A stretch of 64,000 nucleotides of DNA, taken from NCBI GenBank assembly GCA_964349125.1, contig CAYGFH010000003.1, forward strand, positions 103,194-167,193, written 5' to 3'. The DNA comes from an uncultured Gammaproteobacteria bacterium. GTDB taxonomy: Bacteria; Patescibacteriota; Microgenomatia; UBA10105; UBA927. Positions within the stretch are counted from its first letter, which is position 1, and every line of letters begins with the position of its first letter. The notes under the pieces are model-generated. The model did no database searches, had not been told where the DNA came from, and saw nothing but the letters and a program-made list of their open reading frames with translations. Below, one piece after another: positions 39,973 through 49,405 of the stretch. A program made the position numbers and the translations under genes.

Positions 39973-41820
39973 TTATAGTTGGCGGTTTCGCACAAACGGC
40001 GTTGGGGTGACGGTCGGCGTCGGATACCGGCCGTATTGGGGTTTCATAGTGGTTTTAATACGGATGTACGGATAGTTAAAATCATAGAGAATCCACCGTT
40101 CCCTATCAGCAAGATCAATGTGATTCAGTCTCTGATAGGCATCCAACTGATACAGAAAGGAGTCGACGCGGTCAAACAGAACAGCTCGATTGTTTAGCAG
40201 ATATTGGTATCCTGAATATTCCGACCGATTATACGCCTGCCATCTGCGATTATGGTCAAACCAATTGTCCAGCGCTTTTTTACGTATTTCCCACGGAACC
40301 TGAGACTCAGCAAGGCCAACTTCATATGATTTTTTAGGGATTTCATCGCGATACAGTTTCTTTACTGTGTCCCAGTCCCCGTATTTTTTCTCCAGTTGTT
40401 CGCGCTGCGCCACCAGTGAATACATGGCGAGTTTTGCATTGGCCAGGCGTGATTTTTCCTCATCCGTAAGCACCGCTTTATCTTTGAGTGTGCCGAACAA
40501 ACTTTCCGCGCCCGCGACGATTGACTCCCATGAGCTGGCGGAGTCCTCAGACATATTGGCGAGGTAAAACAGATCCGTCATACCGTCCCGTTTGGGTGGT
40601 GTGGCCACAATTCGCATATCCATATTTACAGCAGATAGGTAGCCAAGGGTGAACAGGGATATGACTGCCATCCCGATCATAAAATGTTTCTCCTGGAAAC
40701 TTTTCCATATGGCCACAAGTAACAAGAGCACGACATTGCCAAGAAGCCAGAACAAAAATACTTCCCCGATAATCCGCATACGGGTGAGCCCGAATACCTC
40801 TATATACATGACATCGCGCCGCCAGGCTGAAGCAAGAAGGAGGATGAGTTCCGAAATAAGCACGACATTAAGCCAGGTAAGAATCGGCTTCCCGCTCACC
40901 CTATGCTTTATAATCACCACATAACTGATCACCGATGCGATTGCCGCGGCCGTAAGAAGCTCCGTAAATCCCTGCCGCACATACTGCGAGTAGGTGATGT
41001 TAAATTGCTTAAATATTTCATGTGACGCGTACAGATACTTGCCCTGCATTGATAAAAACAGGCCAAATAATCCGACCAGAGAGACGACCGGGATAACGAC
41101 ATCCTGCGTGGAAAGAAATCCCAGTTCCAGATACTTTTTTTCCTGTTTGGATACTACGATAGTAAGACACCCAGCAAATGCCGCGGCGAGAAACACTGAC
41201 CAGCCGACACGGCCGACTATCTGCTCAACAAACTTCTCCGCCATCTGCTTAAATATCGGGTCTGCCGACATGAGGATCCCTGCAAACACCGCAAAAATAA
41301 TAACGGTAATACCTGCTGTTTTCATGATTTTGAACGGTTGCATCCAGGATGAAGTGGGGGTACCCTGAAGACCACCTTCACTCATACGCTGTATGAGCCG
41401 GAAAGGACCGAATATGCTTTGTATGGCATAGTGGACACCTGATGCGATCAGCTCCCAGATTGTTGTGGGGATATGCGGAGTACTCACTAGCAACATGAGA
41501 TATCCGAGAGCCCCTGCGGCTATCATATAGTCCATGGCCTGCACAAATCCATTGGCACGGTAGAATACCAGAAATCCTGAAACGATACTGACCAGTGCAG
41601 TGAGTGCGGATGTGATTGTGCGCTTTTCCCGTGGTACTGCAATAAAAATTCCAATCGTGGCAAACAAATGGAATACTCCGTACCCTATCCCGATTGCGCC
41701 GTGGTAAATACCCACGTTAAATCCGAAGATAATACATGTGAGGGAAAGAAAAAGAGTTGATACAGATATTCCCTCGTCCGGCTTGGTAACAGCGTCTTTT
41801 ACCCCTGTCCGTTTTACCAT
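39973..41820 (-). CDS. Polytopic membrane protein with a large C-terminal soluble domain
   Basis: About 12 TM helices, then ~230 aa hydrophilic. Its promoter region carries palindrome copy C. Confidence 0.5.
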   Translation of the reverse strand: MVKRTGVKDAVTKPDEGISVSTLFLSLTCIIFGFNVGIYHGAIGIGYGVFHLFATIGIFIAVPREKRTITSALTALVSIVSGFLVFYRANGFVQAMDYMIAAGALGYLMLLVSTPHIPTTIWELIASGVHYAIQSIFGPFRLIQRMSEGGLQGTPTSSWMQPFKIMKTAGITVIIFAVFAGILMSADPIFKQMAEKFVEQIVGRVGWSVFLAAAFAGCLTIVVSKQEKKYLELGFLSTQDVVIPVVSLVGLFGLFLSMQGKYLYASHEIFKQFNITYSQYVRQGFTELLTAAAIASVISYVVIIKHRVSGKPILTWLNVVLISELILLLASAWRRDVMYIEVFGLTRMRIIGEVFLFWLLGNVVLLLLVAIWKSFQEKHFMIGMAVISLFTLGYLSAVNMDMRIVATPPKRDGMTDLFYLANMSEDSASSWESIVAGAESLFGTLKDKAVLTDEEKSRLANAKLAMYSLVAQREQLEKKYGDWDTVKKLYRDEIPKKSYEVGLAESQVPWEIRKKALDNWFDHNRRWQAYNRSEYSGYQYLLNNRAVLFDRVDSFLYQLDAYQRLNHIDLADRERWILYDFNYPYIRIKTTMKPQYGRYPTPTVTPTPFVRNRQL

Positions 41821-41886
41821 ATAAGATCTATAAGGATAGCACTCACACTACGACTCATGCAAATTTGCATCTCATTGTTATGAACA

Positions 41887-41906
41887 CACATGAATCGATT
41901 CATGTG
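41887..41906. promoter_or_regulatory. 20 bp palindrome, copy C
   Basis: CACATGAATCGATTCATGTG, flanked by TTGTTATGA as in copy A. Confidence 0.7.
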
Positions 41907-41917
41907 TGTTATATACA

Positions 41918-42367
41918 TCAAAGTGAGTTTTTACCAGCGAGGTCTCGCTTCGCTTTGAATATTTCTTTGCCTCGCCTGCTCCAATCAGTCCCGTATCGGG
42001 GAGGAAGATTGTAAAACAATGCATCAAGCTTATCGATAAACCGATCCCAGTTACTTTTTTGTATAATTTTCTCAAGTGTGGCGATCGTTTTTGGGTTAGC
42101 ATTCTTTAGCCAGGCTGATACCGCTCCGGTTGCGGAATTGGATACATGAAGCATTGCTTTAACATCTTTCGGCCGCTTTCCACGATGAAGTAGTACCGCC
42201 ATGGCAAATCGCTTTGCCAACATGAGCTCTTCAGTATCAGAGAGAAAATCTGAAAGGAACACGGAAGCATCATCCGCAGTGCTCAGGAACGATATTGACT
42301 GCCAGAACTTACTAAACATCTCGTCTTTTATACTTTTATCCAAAGGATATTTGGATGTCTGTGGCAT
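41918..42367 (-). CDS. TrpR-like HTH protein (YerC/YecD family), paralog 2
   Basis: LSDTEELMLAKRFAMAVLL..GKRPKDVKAMLHVSNSATGAVSAWL parallels the protein at 368-679. ATG (MPQTSKY) at 42367; the ORF track uses a GTG at 42385. Confidence 0.5.
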   Translation of the reverse strand: MPQTSKYPLDKSIKDEMFSKFWQSISFLSTADDASVFLSDFLSDTEELMLAKRFAMAVLLHRGKRPKDVKAMLHVSNSATGAVSAWLKNANPKTIATLEKIIQKSNWDRFIDKLDALFYNLPPRYGTDWSRRGKEIFKAKRDLAGKNSL

Positions 42368-42378
42368 ACAACTATATC

Positions 42379-42420
42379 CTATCACAACTCACATGAATCG
42401 ATTCATGTGAGTTGTGATAG
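42379..42420. promoter_or_regulatory. 42 bp perfect palindrome (copy D) immediately upstream of the TrpR-like gene
   Basis: CTATCACAACTCACATGAATCGATTCATGTGAGTTGTGATAG. The 20 bp core begins ~23 nt upstream of the ATG. Confidence 0.75.
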
Positions 42421-42494
42421 TATGGAAGTAATACGTAAATCGAAGTGGAATAGATTACTCGATTACTCAGTCAGATAATCGAACGTACTAACGA

Positions 42495-42794
42495 CTAGTT
42501 TTGTTTCACGCCCGTTTGATTGCTTCCTTCGGTCATGGCAAGAAGTTTGCCCAATTCTTTCACAAACTTTTTCGCATGACTGCGACTCATACCAATTCGA
42601 GAAACGATTCGGATTTGATTTGTAGTTCCCAGTTTTTGCGCAACATCCAACACCACGCCATCTTCATTGGTAGTCATAAAAATATTGTCAGTATACAGAA
42701 CCGGTGTTGTATCCAAGTTCACATTGACCGATATATTTTGTGTCGCATCTTTTTGATCCATATTTATCCTTTTCTTCATGGGCACACAATACAC
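42495..42794 (-). CDS. Small protein, possibly DUF3467-like
   Basis: About 95 aa. The YTDNIFMTTNEDGVVLDV pattern resembles DUF3467. Its start region overlaps palindrome copy E. Confidence 0.4.
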   Translation of the reverse strand: MYCVPMKKRINMDQKDATQNISVNVNLDTTPVLYTDNIFMTTNEDGVVLDVAQKLGTTNQIRIVSRIGMSRSHAKKFVKELGKLLAMTEGSNQTGVKQN

Positions 42795-42811
42795 ATGAAT
42801 CGATTCATGTG
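42792..42811. promoter_or_regulatory. 20 bp palindrome, copy E
   Basis: CACATGAATCGATTCATGTG. Confidence 0.7.
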
Positions 42812-42835
42812 TATTACATGATTGAAACTCAATTA

Positions 42836-44008
42836 CTATTTTTGTTTATGATTATGTTTCTGAAACGAGAGGATGAAGGCACCGAGTCCCAGAATAATCG
42901 AAATAAATGAAAACAGCCCACCGACAAACGGAGCCTTAAACATACACCACAGTATCGGCACGCCAATGAGTGACTGCATGTACAGATTATCCGCATTCTT
43001 GAGTTTAAATCCCTTGAGTACCGATTTGCCAAATACCTGAGCTGCCACTATGCGACCAAATCCCGTGGCGACTGCCGCGGCAAGGATGGGAACAGGAATA
43101 AGCAGAATGCCGATAATGGTGACCAATAAAAATAACGAGACAAACGGCAACGCGATTGCCCCGAGCATACCGACACCCATAGAGAGTAGCCATCGCTTTT
43201 CTATCACAGCTGCCACCTCATGGATTTTCCTGCTAAACAGTGCGTTTGCGATCAGAGAGAGCAACAGGTAAAAGATAACGCCTGTTACCGCATTTGCGGG
43301 CCATGACGCCATTGCCTTTTGTACGGATGCTTTTTCTTTTGATTCCGGTTTTTTCTCAGGAGCGGGAATAACATGAGAAACAATGCCTGATACCGCGGCG
43401 CCATCAGCGATGGTGGCGGGCTTTTCACTGGTGTATTTGAGGGAACCAAATATGCGTGCGTCTTTCTCTATCACCAGTTCCTGTGCCCCCAACTGGGCGT
43501 CTCCCTTTACTTCGCCCGCAAGCTCGATGTATTTTGCGACACCCGCAAGCGGCCCGATAAAACCCTGTGAGAGAAATGACTGTGACGCAAACAACACCTC
43601 ACCGTTTATGTCTGCCGTCGGGTCAAAGGTTATAGATTGTGAGAGTGTCGTTGCGTTTCCTTCGATACGACCCTGTACATACAAGGATTGGGTCGCAAGC
43701 CGGGCGTCTCCCGTCACGATACCGGATATGATCATTTCCTGTGCCGCACAGATAAGATCTCCGTCAATAGTTCCTGATATCACGACTTTCTTCCCTGCAC
43801 AAAAGACATCCCCCGTGACCAAGCCGTCGATTACCACGGAATTCCCCCCTGCCAAAAGTGATCCTTCGATTTTTTGTTCTTTGACAACCGTGACGGTATC
43901 CCCCTGTTTGATTTCAAATGCCTGAGCAGTAGTTGGAGCAAGAAGTAACACACTTATACCAAGGAGAAGAGCCATGAGATGATTCATACCATTACTGTAT
44001 ACCCTCAA
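42836..44008 (-). CDS. Bactofilin-like (polymer-forming cytoskeletal repeat) protein with a C-terminal multi-TM region
   Basis: Signal peptide. Repeated G-rich beta-solenoid units (VVIDGLVTGDV, ISGTIDGDL, ISGIVTGDA, ...). Three or four C-terminal TM helices. Confidence 0.5.
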   Translation of the reverse strand: MRVYSNGMNHLMALLLGISVLLLAPTTAQAFEIKQGDTVTVVKEQKIEGSLLAGGNSVVIDGLVTGDVFCAGKKVVISGTIDGDLICAAQEMIISGIVTGDARLATQSLYVQGRIEGNATTLSQSITFDPTADINGEVLFASQSFLSQGFIGPLAGVAKYIELAGEVKGDAQLGAQELVIEKDARIFGSLKYTSEKPATIADGAAVSGIVSHVIPAPEKKPESKEKASVQKAMASWPANAVTGVIFYLLLSLIANALFSRKIHEVAAVIEKRWLLSMGVGMLGAIALPFVSLFLLVTIIGILLIPVPILAAAVATGFGRIVAAQVFGKSVLKGFKLKNADNLYMQSLIGVPILWCMFKAPFVGGLFSFISIILGLGAFILSFQKHNHKQK

Positions 44009-44089
44009 AATGCCAGGGTCAAGATAATGGCTTATGTTCCCACATGGTAGAGGTACGAATCAATGTTCGTCGCACCTGTGAGGCAATCT

Positions 44090-44272
44090 CCGCAGAGCCT
44101 ACTTCAGAACATAACATTTACCGCCACCCCCTACTTTCTATTGACACAGAAAATATATTCCCGTATCTTTGTATCAGCTCTCGTACGCGAAGTCTGTGTG
44201 AATCAGACGCTGGACCGCAACCGTCAAAGCCGGGTCGCCGATACGAGAACAGGTCTGCCTTCGGTATCAAGG
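44090..44272 (+). promoter_or_regulatory. Putative cobalamin riboswitch
   Basis: GUGUGAAUCAGACGCUGGACCGCAACCGUCAAAG resembles the conserved GGUGnGAAUCC...GCnGnCCCGCAACnGUAA core. GAACAGGUCUGCC resembles the 3' B12-box region. The 5' boundary is uncertain. Confidence 0.45.
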
Positions 44273-44277
44273 AATAT

Positions 44278-44724
44278 ATGAAAAAACCTTATTTAATTGT
44301 CACAGCTGTCATATACGCTGTCCTTATCTCCGGAGTCTTTTACTACAGTGCCGTCATCAAACCAAAGCTGGGTCAAACTCCCGTCGAGCGCGGACTTATA
44401 TCAAAAGAAGGTGCAGCACTCCGTATCAGAATATCGCAAAAAATTCTGCATTCCCCTTCGGAGGCGTCTTCTTCCGCACAGCCGATGGATATCCGTGACG
44501 GAGAAACCGCATTGGAACTAATCAAACGCACTCATCCGACTGAAACAAAAGACTACGATTTTGGCACACTCGTGGAATCTATTGATGGCGTGAAGAACGG
44601 AACGGACAACAAATACTGGATACTCTATATTAACGGAAAACAGGCTACGGTCGGTGCAGGTAGCTATACCATACAAAAAAATGATGCACTTGAATGGAGG
44701 TTCGAAGCATATGCACAGCAATAA
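44278..44724 (+). CDS. DUF4430 domain protein (cobalamin-associated, transcobalamin-like)
   Basis: N-terminal TM helix. C-terminal GTDNKYWILYINGKQATVGAGSYTIQKNDALEWRF is a typical DUF4430 ending. The ORF track start at 44044 would run through the leader. Confidence 0.6.
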   Translation: MKKPYLIVTAVIYAVLISGVFYYSAVIKPKLGQTPVERGLISKEGAALRIRISQKILHSPSEASSSAQPMDIRDGETALELIKRTHPTETKDYDFGTLVESIDGVKNGTDNKYWILYINGKQATVGAGSYTIQKNDALEWRFEAYAQQ

Positions 44725-45232
44725 CCAGAAACACATAGTTGCAGCCATAGGACTTCTTGTTATCGGTGTCGCGTCCCGGATAGTGCCGCATGAACCAAAT
44801 CTGACTGCGGTATCTGCAGCAACGATAGTAGCTGCCCTCTATTTGCCAAAACATTTTGCGTTTATACTTCCCTTTCTTATCATGATTCTCTCTGACCTGA
44901 TACTTGGCGCCCACCCGACAATTGCGTGGGTATATGGGAGTTATGCACTTATAGCCGCAATGAGTGTATTTCTTGCTAAACGGTACGCAGTGGCATTACC
45001 ACTTATCTCCTCCGCACTATTTTTTATCATCACCAATTTTGGTGTTTGGGCAAGCACTCAGATGTATGCAAAAACACTTGCAGGTTTAATCGAGTGCTAT
45101 ACGATGGCAGTACCATTTTTGCGTGGAACCGTTGCAGGTGATATAGTCTACACGACACTGTTTGTTCTGGCATATCAGGCAATTCAAGTGTACAGGCTGA
45201 GAACTGTCAAACTGCTTGCCCAAGCTATATAG
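44711..45232 (+). CDS. Small 5-6 TM membrane protein, candidate ECF-transporter S component (CbrT-like)
   Basis: About 174 aa from MHSNNQKH. All hydrophobic helices. Overlaps the DUF4430 stop. Confidence 0.4.
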   Translation: MHSNNQKHIVAAIGLLVIGVASRIVPHEPNLTAVSAATIVAALYLPKHFAFILPFLIMILSDLILGAHPTIAWVYGSYALIAAMSVFLAKRYAVALPLISSALFFIITNFGVWASTQMYAKTLAGLIECYTMAVPFLRGTVAGDIVYTTLFVLAYQAIQVYRLRTVKLLAQAI

Positions 45233-46487
45233 CCATATGGCAGCACAATCCCATAAAGAAGTTGAACAACCATCTCCTGCTTTTATTTCCGCTATTGCCG
45301 GACCTAATCCTGATGTACACCCAGGAGAGGCTGCGTTTGCTTTTGCGCGAAAAGAACTGGATGCAGTACTGATGCGCGAACAGGATGATGCAGCACAGAT
45401 TGTGGAGTTAAACCTCATACGGAAAACTGCTGATGATATCGAAGCAGAGTTTACGGAAAAGGGATTGGATTTGCCAAATATATTTATCCTCTATAGCGCA
45501 GGGGTCGATGTACCTGATGATATTGTTGAAAAATACATGTACGGTACCGGCCCGATTGAACAACTCCCAAAGGCGGATATAGCGGGACATCTGGGTATCG
45601 CAGGTGCGATACAACTTGATACGCAACATACGGCAATGGTCTTTAATGGCCGTGCACACCCGTTCTCGGGTGTGGGACAACGGTATGCGGAGATGATCTA
45701 TGCAAGACCACTCAATGTCATAAAGGAACTAATGAGACGGCAACGGGAACGCGGTATTCAAAGTGCGGTTATAACAACCTACTTAACAGGAGTGGATGAA
45801 CTTTCTCCTCTGGGCAAAGGTGATTTGGGCATTGTGGTTGACCACACGGAATTTGGCGGCGGACGAAGTGCACTCAGCGCGGGAGCCGGCCCACGCAATT
45901 TTTTGGATAAATTTATTGGCGAGCGGTTTCAGCCTAAAGTAGGACGCGCATCTCATGTGGATCTCGCAAAAGTATTGACTGATCAAGCCAAGAGCATGGG
46001 CATACGTGTCGGTGCCGCTGCAGCGATTGGAACACCCGGAACCACCAGTTATCAATCAGTCTTTGATAGGGCTATATCGCTCGCGGGGTTTGACAGGCTC
46101 AAAGAGCGGTTTGATTCACTCGCAGAAAAGATTTTCGGTGAGGGAGCAATAGCTTCATTGTTCTTTGATATGTCTTTATCATTTGAAGTTGATGTCTTGA
46201 AGCAAACTGTTGTCCGTACCAATACGGAGACACAAGTGCAGTATGCAGAGGAGGATTTCCCGACACTGTTTGTCGTTGTCCCTACTGATACAGTGGGTGC
46301 AGAGAGTGATGTTGTGGATCACAACGAAGTGGTAAAGGAAGCCAGACGGCAAGGGAAACGAAACGGAGAACTCATCAGAAATGTTGCAACGGCTCTTAGC
46401 TCTCAGGTGCAGATGTTACAGCCAATTGGAAAACTTCCTGATTGGGTGGATCCCAGATTTTCTCTCAAGTCACTGTTACCAGCATAG
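45216..46487 (+). CDS. Hypothetical protein
   Basis: 423 aa soluble protein co-directional with the DUF4430 pair. No motif recognised. Confidence 0.4.
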   Translation: MPKLYSHMAAQSHKEVEQPSPAFISAIAGPNPDVHPGEAAFAFARKELDAVLMREQDDAAQIVELNLIRKTADDIEAEFTEKGLDLPNIFILYSAGVDVPDDIVEKYMYGTGPIEQLPKADIAGHLGIAGAIQLDTQHTAMVFNGRAHPFSGVGQRYAEMIYARPLNVIKELMRRQRERGIQSAVITTYLTGVDELSPLGKGDLGIVVDHTEFGGGRSALSAGAGPRNFLDKFIGERFQPKVGRASHVDLAKVLTDQAKSMGIRVGAAAAIGTPGTTSYQSVFDRAISLAGFDRLKERFDSLAEKIFGEGAIASLFFDMSLSFEVDVLKQTVVRTNTETQVQYAEEDFPTLFVVVPTDTVGAESDVVDHNEVVKEARRQGKRNGELIRNVATALSSQVQMLQPIGKLPDWVDPRFSLKSLLPA

Positions 46488-46519
46488 TAGAATAAGGACC
46501 TGATATAATCAGTACATCT

Positions 46520-47077
46520 ATGGAAACAATCGTTCCGACTGTCGCCAAACTTCTCGCTGTCCTTACGGTCGCAACCGATGTGGCAATTGTCCTGTATTTC
46601 CTCAGTGCGGTCGTAGGTCTCGTTGTGCCGAAGATAAAAACACTCAGGTCCCGCATCATAGCCGGTATCCAACCCTATGCGCGGATACTTGCCTTCATAA
46701 TCGCAATGGTATCCATGAGCGGAAGCCTGTTTTATTCCGAAGTTGCCAAGTATACCCCCTGCTTACTCTGCTGGTGGCAGCGTATATTTATGTACCCGCA
46801 GACCCTGATAATCGCCATGGGAATAATAAAGAATGATAAAAATGCTGCGGATTACAGCATAGGCCTCAGTGCGGTCGGAGCGATTATTGCGACGTATCAC
46901 TACTACATTCAACTTGGCGGGAAATCATTTTTCTCCTGCGCACAGATCGGTTTTTCCAGCGAGTGTTCGGAGCGGTTTTCTCTGGAATTCGGCTATGTAT
47001 CTATCCCGATGATGGCGTTATCCGCGTTTGTTGCGATTATGATTCTTATGATTATTTCAAAAAAGAATACAAAATGA
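46520..47077 (+). CDS. Disulfide bond formation protein B (DsbB/BdbC family)
   Basis: Four TM helices. CLLCWWQRI motif and a second Cys pair (CAQ...SEC). Confidence 0.7.
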   Translation: METIVPTVAKLLAVLTVATDVAIVLYFLSAVVGLVVPKIKTLRSRIIAGIQPYARILAFIIAMVSMSGSLFYSEVAKYTPCLLCWWQRIFMYPQTLIIAMGIIKNDKNAADYSIGLSAVGAIIATYHYYIQLGGKSFFSCAQIGFSSECSERFSLEFGYVSIPMMALSAFVAIMILMIISKKNTK

Positions 47078-47080
47078 TTA

Positions 47081-47108
47081 CCCTAAAAAATATATATATT
47101 TTTTAGGG
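47081..47108. terminator. AT-rich perfect hairpin
   Basis: CCCTAAAAAATATATATATTTTTTAGGG. Confidence 0.5.
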
Positions 47109-47140
47109 CATAATTCCATCTAATCCGAATTTTCTTCTAG

Positions 47141-47491
47141 GTGCAACCTGACTGTAATTCGGATATGATGTACGTAATGCTTGGAACAATCATTGTCATT
47201 CTTGCGCTACTGTGGGGACTAGGATTTCTGAACCTACCCGCTCTCCCGTTTCAAAACATGGTGCTTTTTCGTCTGTTTGGCCATGCGATCACATTGTGGG
47301 AACTTCTGATGTTTGTCGTTATTCTCTGGGCCATGGAATCACTCCCATCGCCATTGCGACAGATTGCGTTTGTCCTCGTACTGCTCTGGGTACTCTCTAT
47401 ACTGGGGATTATCGCGATCACAGGACTGTCCAACCTTATCATCGGCGCCCTGATTATCGGCATAGTCCTTGCGATTTTTCAGAACAGGTAA
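47141..47491 (+). CDS. Small membrane protein
   Basis: 116 aa with 3-4 TM helices. Confidence 0.35.
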   Translation: MQPDCNSDMMYVMLGTIIVILALLWGLGFLNLPALPFQNMVLFRLFGHAITLWELLMFVVILWAMESLPSPLRQIAFVLVLLWVLSILGIIAITGLSNLIIGALIIGIVLAIFQNR

Positions 47492-47560
47492 TTCACGTCA
47501 TATTGTGGTTCGCGGATACTATGCAGATCCTCGCATTCGCAAGGATGACATACTTTTTGA

Positions 47561-49360
47561 TTATTTACTTGCCCGCAGTGCATTGAAGATTACTCCTACG
47601 TCAATTGCCTCCTGAATAAACGCACCCATAATCGGCGGTATGTATCCCATGGACGCACCAATCATACCGATGGTACTTAACCCGATACCGATAAAAATAC
47701 TCTGCCTGGCTATATAGAGCGTATGCTTCGCCACACGGAGAGATTCAAGTACCTGCGAGAAGTTACCGCCAAGGAATATGAGATCAGCAGCTTCCGATGC
47801 GGCGGTATGCTCCTCGTTACTGAAGACCATACCCACATCGGCGGCGGCCAGCGCTGGCGCATCGTTAATACCATCCCCGACCATGGCGCTCACACGTTTT
47901 TGATACCGGAGCTGTTTAATACCACGTAATTTATCTTCAGGAGAACAGTCAGTTTTCACTTCCAAGTCCACCCCTGTCAGGTGAGCAAGTGCCAGTCGCG
48001 TTGCTTCCTTTTTATCGCCTGTATAGATGGACATATGGATGCCAAGCTGTTTGATACTGCGAAATACAGATGGAGCATCTTCTTTGATCTTGTCTTCGAA
48101 ATAAAATGTGGCAATTTTTACCGATTTTCTCCGTAGTTCGATGGCAAACCCTGCAGTTCCTTTTACCTTCGACAGCGTGTATGACACGCCGTCAACAATA
48201 CCCGTAATACCGTAACCGATTTTTTCCATGACGTGACTGGCTTTATACGTTTTTGCTTTCTCCTCACGGGCTTTTCTCACAATGGCTTTGGCAAGAGGGT
48301 GCAGAGAATTTCTCTCTATGGATTCTGCAATGCCGAGTATCGCTTTTTTTGTGAACTGGGATTTTTTGACTACGACGGAAATTACTGTCGGTTTTCCCAG
48401 AGTGAGTGTGCCTGTTTTATCAAACATAATATCCGTCACCCTGGAAAGTGCTTCTATGCTCGCCAGCGTTTTTCCGATGATCTTTCGTTTTGCCAGTGCG
48501 TTCATACCACCCATAAGTGCGATCGGTGTAGCAAGGATAAGCGGACACGGGGTTGCGATGACAAGCACTGCGAGGACCAGTTTAATATCGTGTGACGAAA
48601 GATAGGCGTACAGAGCAATAGCAAATGTAATAAGTGTAAAAATACTACTGTACTTATCGGCAATACGGATAAGCGGAGACCGCTCCTGCTGCGCACGCGC
48701 AACCATATCGATGATCTTTCTGTATGTAGAATCTTTGTCACTCTTGGTTACCAAAATCACCATAGGTGAACCTATGTTTATGGTGCCACTCCTAATGGTA
48801 TCCCCCTGCCGTTTATCTATCTCATAGGGCTCACCTGTGAGGGATGATTCATCCGCCAACCCGGTTTCTGACTCCAACACGCCATCCAGTGGAATAACTT
48901 CGCCTTTTCTCACAAATATCCGCTGCCCTACAGTCACCGATTCTATGAGCACTCGGTCACCAAACGTGTCTCCCACCCAGAGGAGCACATGCTTTGGGAT
49001 CCGGTCCGCAAGTGCTGTGAGTGATTTTTTTGCCCTCGCAATCGCATACTTTTCTAGTGTCTGTCCCCCTGCGAGCATTAGCACAATAACCGACGCCACC
49101 ACCAGCTCCCCTGACACGACACCTGTGGTGATAGCAACAAGCGCGATATAGTCCAGCGCAAACTGACGGGACATAAGGGATTTCCACGTATCACGGAGAA
49201 GATCAATACTGCCAATGGCAATAGCGATACTGATGAGTATGGTAGCCCACCCTGGTTTTCCAAACCAGCCGAGTACAAAGTACCCGATGATACTGAAAAG
49301 AACAAACGCTGGGACTTTGAACAGATCGATAAGTTGTCTGGTTTTTGAAGATACCGTCAT
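47561..49360 (-). CDS. P1B-type heavy-metal-translocating ATPase
   Basis: CPC motif (ATPCPLILATP), DKTGTLT, GDGINDAP. No N-terminal CxxC metal-binding domain. Confidence 0.88.
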   Translation of the reverse strand: MTVSSKTRQLIDLFKVPAFVLFSIIGYFVLGWFGKPGWATILISIAIAIGSIDLLRDTWKSLMSRQFALDYIALVAITTGVVSGELVVASVIVLMLAGGQTLEKYAIARAKKSLTALADRIPKHVLLWVGDTFGDRVLIESVTVGQRIFVRKGEVIPLDGVLESETGLADESSLTGEPYEIDKRQGDTIRSGTINIGSPMVILVTKSDKDSTYRKIIDMVARAQQERSPLIRIADKYSSIFTLITFAIALYAYLSSHDIKLVLAVLVIATPCPLILATPIALMGGMNALAKRKIIGKTLASIEALSRVTDIMFDKTGTLTLGKPTVISVVVKKSQFTKKAILGIAESIERNSLHPLAKAIVRKAREEKAKTYKASHVMEKIGYGITGIVDGVSYTLSKVKGTAGFAIELRRKSVKIATFYFEDKIKEDAPSVFRSIKQLGIHMSIYTGDKKEATRLALAHLTGVDLEVKTDCSPEDKLRGIKQLRYQKRVSAMVGDGINDAPALAAADVGMVFSNEEHTAASEAADLIFLGGNFSQVLESLRVAKHTLYIARQSIFIGIGLSTIGMIGASMGYIPPIMGAFIQEAIDVGVIFNALRASK

Positions 49361-49405
49361 GCGGATATCATACTAGAAAATCGCCAACGTATCCATGTGG
49401 ATAGA

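Noticed and set aside
44142-44170. TTGACA-17-TATCTT promoter-like element inside the putative cobalamin riboswitch
   Set aside because: If real it would leave only ~100 nt of leader, too short for a cobalamin riboswitch. The -10 is weak, so I kept the riboswitch hypothesis at moderate confidence and did not call this promoter.
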